Part shown: positions 58,959 through 64,000 of the stretch, piece by piece | Layout: every line of letters begins with the position of its first letter | How positions within the stretch are numbered: the first letter of the stretch is position 1 | Source: Candidatus Oxydemutatoraceae bacterium | GTDB taxonomy: Bacteria; Pseudomonadota; Gammaproteobacteria; Poriferisulfidales; Oxydemutatoraceae | NCBI GenBank assembly: GCA_965223735.1 | Contig: OZ245010.1 | Span: 276,924-340,923, forward strand | Length of the DNA stretch: 64,000 nucleotides | Direction: 5' to 3' | Program-made: the position numbers and the translations under genes | Notes under the pieces: model-generated | Told to the model about the DNA's origin: nothing | The model's database searches: none | The model's input: only the letters and a program-made list of their open reading frames with translations

Positions 58959-60329
58959 ATGAAATACCGGATTGAGAAAGACAGCATGGGGGAAGTGCAG
59001 GTGCCGGCCGATGCGCTGTACGCCGCCCAGACCCAGCGCGCGGTGCAGAATTTCCCGATCAGCGGCCTGAGGATGCCACGCCCGTTCATCTGGGCGCTGG
59101 GCCTGATCAAGCAATGCTGCGCGGGGGTGAACCTTAATCTGGGGCTGCTCGATCAGGCGCGTGCTGACGCGATCATCGACGCCGCGCAAGCTGTTGCCGA
59201 CGGCGATCACGACGCGCAGTTCCCGGTGGACGTATTCCAGACCGGTTCGGGCACCAGCTCCAATATGAACGCTAACGAGGTGATCGCGCATCTCGCTTCA
59301 AGGCGCGCGGGATGCGAAGTGCATCCGAACAACCACGTCAATCTGAGCCAGAGTTCCAACGACGTGATTCCGACCGCGATCCACGTCAGCGCCGCCTGCG
59401 AGATCACGGACGGCCTGAAGCCGGCGCTGGAGCAACTCGCGGACACAATTGAGAGCCGCGCCGCGGAACTCGGCGACGAAGTCAAGACCGGACGCACGCA
59501 CCTGATGGACGCGATGCCTGTGACCTTCGGACAGGAACTCGGCGGCTGGGCGCGGCAGGTGCGCAACGGTGTCGCACGGCTGGATGCCTCGCTGCCCCGG
59601 CTGCTTGAACTCGCGCAGGGCGGCACCGCCGTCGGCACCGGCGTCAATTGCGACCCGCGTTTCCCCGATGAGTTCTGCAAAGCCCTGTCGGATCTGACCG
59701 GCCTGCCTTTTGTTCCCAAGCCCGATAAATTTGAAGCGCTGAGCGCGCAGGACGCTGCGGTTGAGATCAGCGGGCAGTTGCGCACCGTCGCCGTCGGCCT
59801 GATGAAGATCTCAAATGATCTGCGCTGGATGAATTCTGGACCGCTGTCCGGAATTGCGGACCTCAGCCTGCCGGCGTTGCAACCGGGCAGCAGCATCATG
59901 CCCGGCAAGGTCAACCCGGTGATACCGGAAGCGGTTGCGATGGTCTGCGCCCAGGTTATCGGTAACGACGCGACCATCGCGGTCGCGGGACAGAGCGGTA
60001 ATTTTCAGTTGAATGTGATGCTGCCGGTGATCGCCCATAACCTGATGCAAAGCATACAACTGCTCACCAACGGCGCGCGCGCATTGGCCGGCGGCACGAT
60101 CAAAGGTTTCACGGTAAACCGGGAGGCGGTGGACTCCGCGCTTGCACACAACCCGATCCTGGTCACCGCGCTGAACAACATTATCGGTTACGAATTGGGC
60201 GCGAAGATCGCGAAGAGGGCGTACGCGGAAAAGCGCCCGGTGTTTGAAGTTGCGCTGGAAGAAAGCGGGCTGCCGGAAGACGAGTTGCGTAAACTGCTTG
60301 ACCCGAAAACGCTGACGGGTTCCGGGTAG
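58959..60329 (+). CDS. fumC: Fumarate hydratase class II (FumC)
   Basis: [28 protein letters not shown]...[22 protein letters not shown]...[11 protein letters not shown] are the FumC-type signatures (SQSSND rather than the AspA CQSTND). An alternative upstream start lies at 58938. Confidence 0.88.
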   Translation: MKYRIEKDSMGEVQVPADALYAAQTQRAVQNFPISGLRMPRPFIWALGLIKQCCAGVNLNLGLLDQARADAIIDAAQAVADGDHDAQFPVDVFQTGSGTSSNMNANEVIAHLASRRAGCEVHPNNHVNLSQSSNDVIPTAIHVSAACEITDGLKPALEQLADTIESRAAELGDEVKTGRTHLMDAMPVTFGQELGGWARQVRNGVARLDASLPRLLELAQGGTAVGTGVNCDPRFPDEFCKALSDLTGLPFVPKPDKFEALSAQDAAVEISGQLRTVAVGLMKISNDLRWMNSGPLSGIADLSLPALQPGSSIMPGKVNPVIPEAVAMVCAQVIGNDATIAVAGQSGNFQLNVMLPVIAHNLMQSIQLLTNGARALAGGTIKGFTVNREAVDSALAHNPILVTALNNIIGYELGAKIAKRAYAEKRPVFEVALEESGLPEDELRKLLDPKTLTGSG

Positions 60330-60357
60330 GCGGTTACTCTTGATTTCAGGCTTGATT

Positions 60358-63036
<2,679 letters not shown>

Positions 63037-63194
63037 ATAGTTTTAATGGGTTTACGATGGCCGACCGGAGTGACGGGTGACTGAAAGCCCGCCATTATAA
63101 CCCCTGCACCGTATTTCTGCATTCGGAGCCCTTGATCCAGAAACAGGGCCCTCTTGGGGGGACATTGCAATCCGGACATTCCGGAGGGAGCCGC

Positions 63195-64000
63195 TTACTG
63201 CATTGCGTCAATGATCACGCCGCCGCCGAGGCAGCGCCGACCGTCGTACACCACCACCGATTGTCCTGGCGCCACCGCGCGCTGGGGGCGCCTGAAACGC
63301 ACCTCAATGCGGTCTTCGTCAATCTGCGTCAGGCGGCAGGCCTGATCGGCCTGACGGTGGCGGATCTTGGCCGTCAGCGGCATGTCGGCGGCGGGAGGAC
63401 GATTGATCCAGTGCACATTTTCGGCGGTCAGCCTCGACGCAAACAGAGCGGGGTGGTCGTGTCCCCGCACTGCGAGAATCCGGTTCCGCCCGATCTCCTT
63501 GGCGGCGACGTACCAAGCACCTTCAGCTTTGCCGCGTACGCCGCCGACGCCAAGTCCCGCGCGCTGGCCGATCGTGTAAAACCAGGCGCCGCGGTGTGTG
63601 CCCAGCACCGCGCCCGATTCATCGACGATATCGCCCGGTCTGTCGTCGAGGTAGCGCGCGAGAAAATCACAAAAACGCCGCTCACCGATGAAGCAGATAC
63701 CGGTGCTGTCCTTGCGGTCACAACTCGCAAGACCCTCGCGCTTTGCCAGCGCACGCACGTCGGTCTTGCTGACGTTGGCCAGCGGGAATAAGGTCTGCGC
63801 GAGCACGTCCCGTTCAATCAGGTGCAAGAAATAAGACTGATCCTTGTCGGCGTCGCCGCCTTTCAGAAGATGCCATTCAGGACCCGCCCGCTCGACGCCG
63901 GCATAGTGGCCGGTTGCAATCCTGCCAGCGGCCAGAGTCCGCGCGTGCTCAATGAACAACTTGAACTTGATCTCGCGGTTGCACAATACGTCGGGGTTGG
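63195..64000 (-). CDS. mnmA: tRNA-specific 2-thiouridylase MnmA, C-terminal ~265 codons; the N-terminus lies beyond the window end
   Basis: ...GICFIGERRFCDFLARYL...HRGAWFYTIGQRAGLG... is colinear with the MnmA C-terminal half. The frame runs open to the window edge. Confidence 0.85.
   Translation of the reverse strand, partial: NPDVLCNREIKFKLFIEHARTLAAGRIATGHYAGVERAGPEWHLLKGGDADKDQSYFLHLIERDVLAQTLFPLANVSKTDVRALAKREGLASCDRKDSTGICFIGERRFCDFLARYLDDRPGDIVDESGAVLGTHRGAWFYTIGQRAGLGVGGVRGKAEGAWYVAAKEIGRNRILAVRGHDHPALFASRLTAENVHWINRPPAADMPLTAKIRHRQADQACRLTQIDEDRIEVRFRRPQRAVAPGQSVVVYDGRRCLGGGVIIDAMQ

Overview
This window is a high-GC (about 60-65%) proteobacterial chromosome segment, almost entirely coding, with three conspicuous lower-GC or AT-rich insertions. 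Gene content and synteny (uvrC-pgsA next to a tRNA Gly/Cys/Leu cluster; glyA-nrdR-ribD-ribE-ribBA-ribH-nusB-thiL-pgpA; a complete ccmABCDEFGHI set; flavocytochrome c sulfide dehydrogenase fccAB; msrPQ) point to a sulfur-oxidising beta- or gamma-proteobacterium. In order the window holds a truncated IS200/IS605-family tnpB, rpmF-plsX-fabH fused directly to uvrC-pgsA, and three tRNAs with tRNA-Gly inverted. These are followed by a DUF1326/DUF2182 pair, a low-GC hypothetical gene beside the 3' end of tmRNA (ssrA), purL, msrPQ, an AT-rich islet with two small ORFs, and the glyA/rib/nusB/thiL/pgpA/gltX block. Next come mfd, fccAB with a NapC/NirT-type tetrahaem cytochrome, the ccm operon, lolCD, DUF2062, comEC, msbA-lpxK-ycaR-kdsB, and a lower-GC four-gene glycosylation-like island. 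The window ends with an ABC-2/GldG-like/DUF4340 module, purB, fumC, acnA and a partial mnmA. The most unusual items are an orphan HslV/proteasome-like Ntn-hydrolase gene translationally embedded between ribD and ribE, and a RibBA whose GTP-cyclohydrolase II domain lacks the zinc-binding cysteines. Others are the glycosyltransferase/methyltransferase island beside the LPS genes, the AT-rich two-gene islet upstream of glyA, AT-rich TCTGTTAT direct repeats upstream of pgpA, and a sharply AT-rich in-frame patch inside purB. All calls rest on reading the translations and sequence by eye; no database searches were run.
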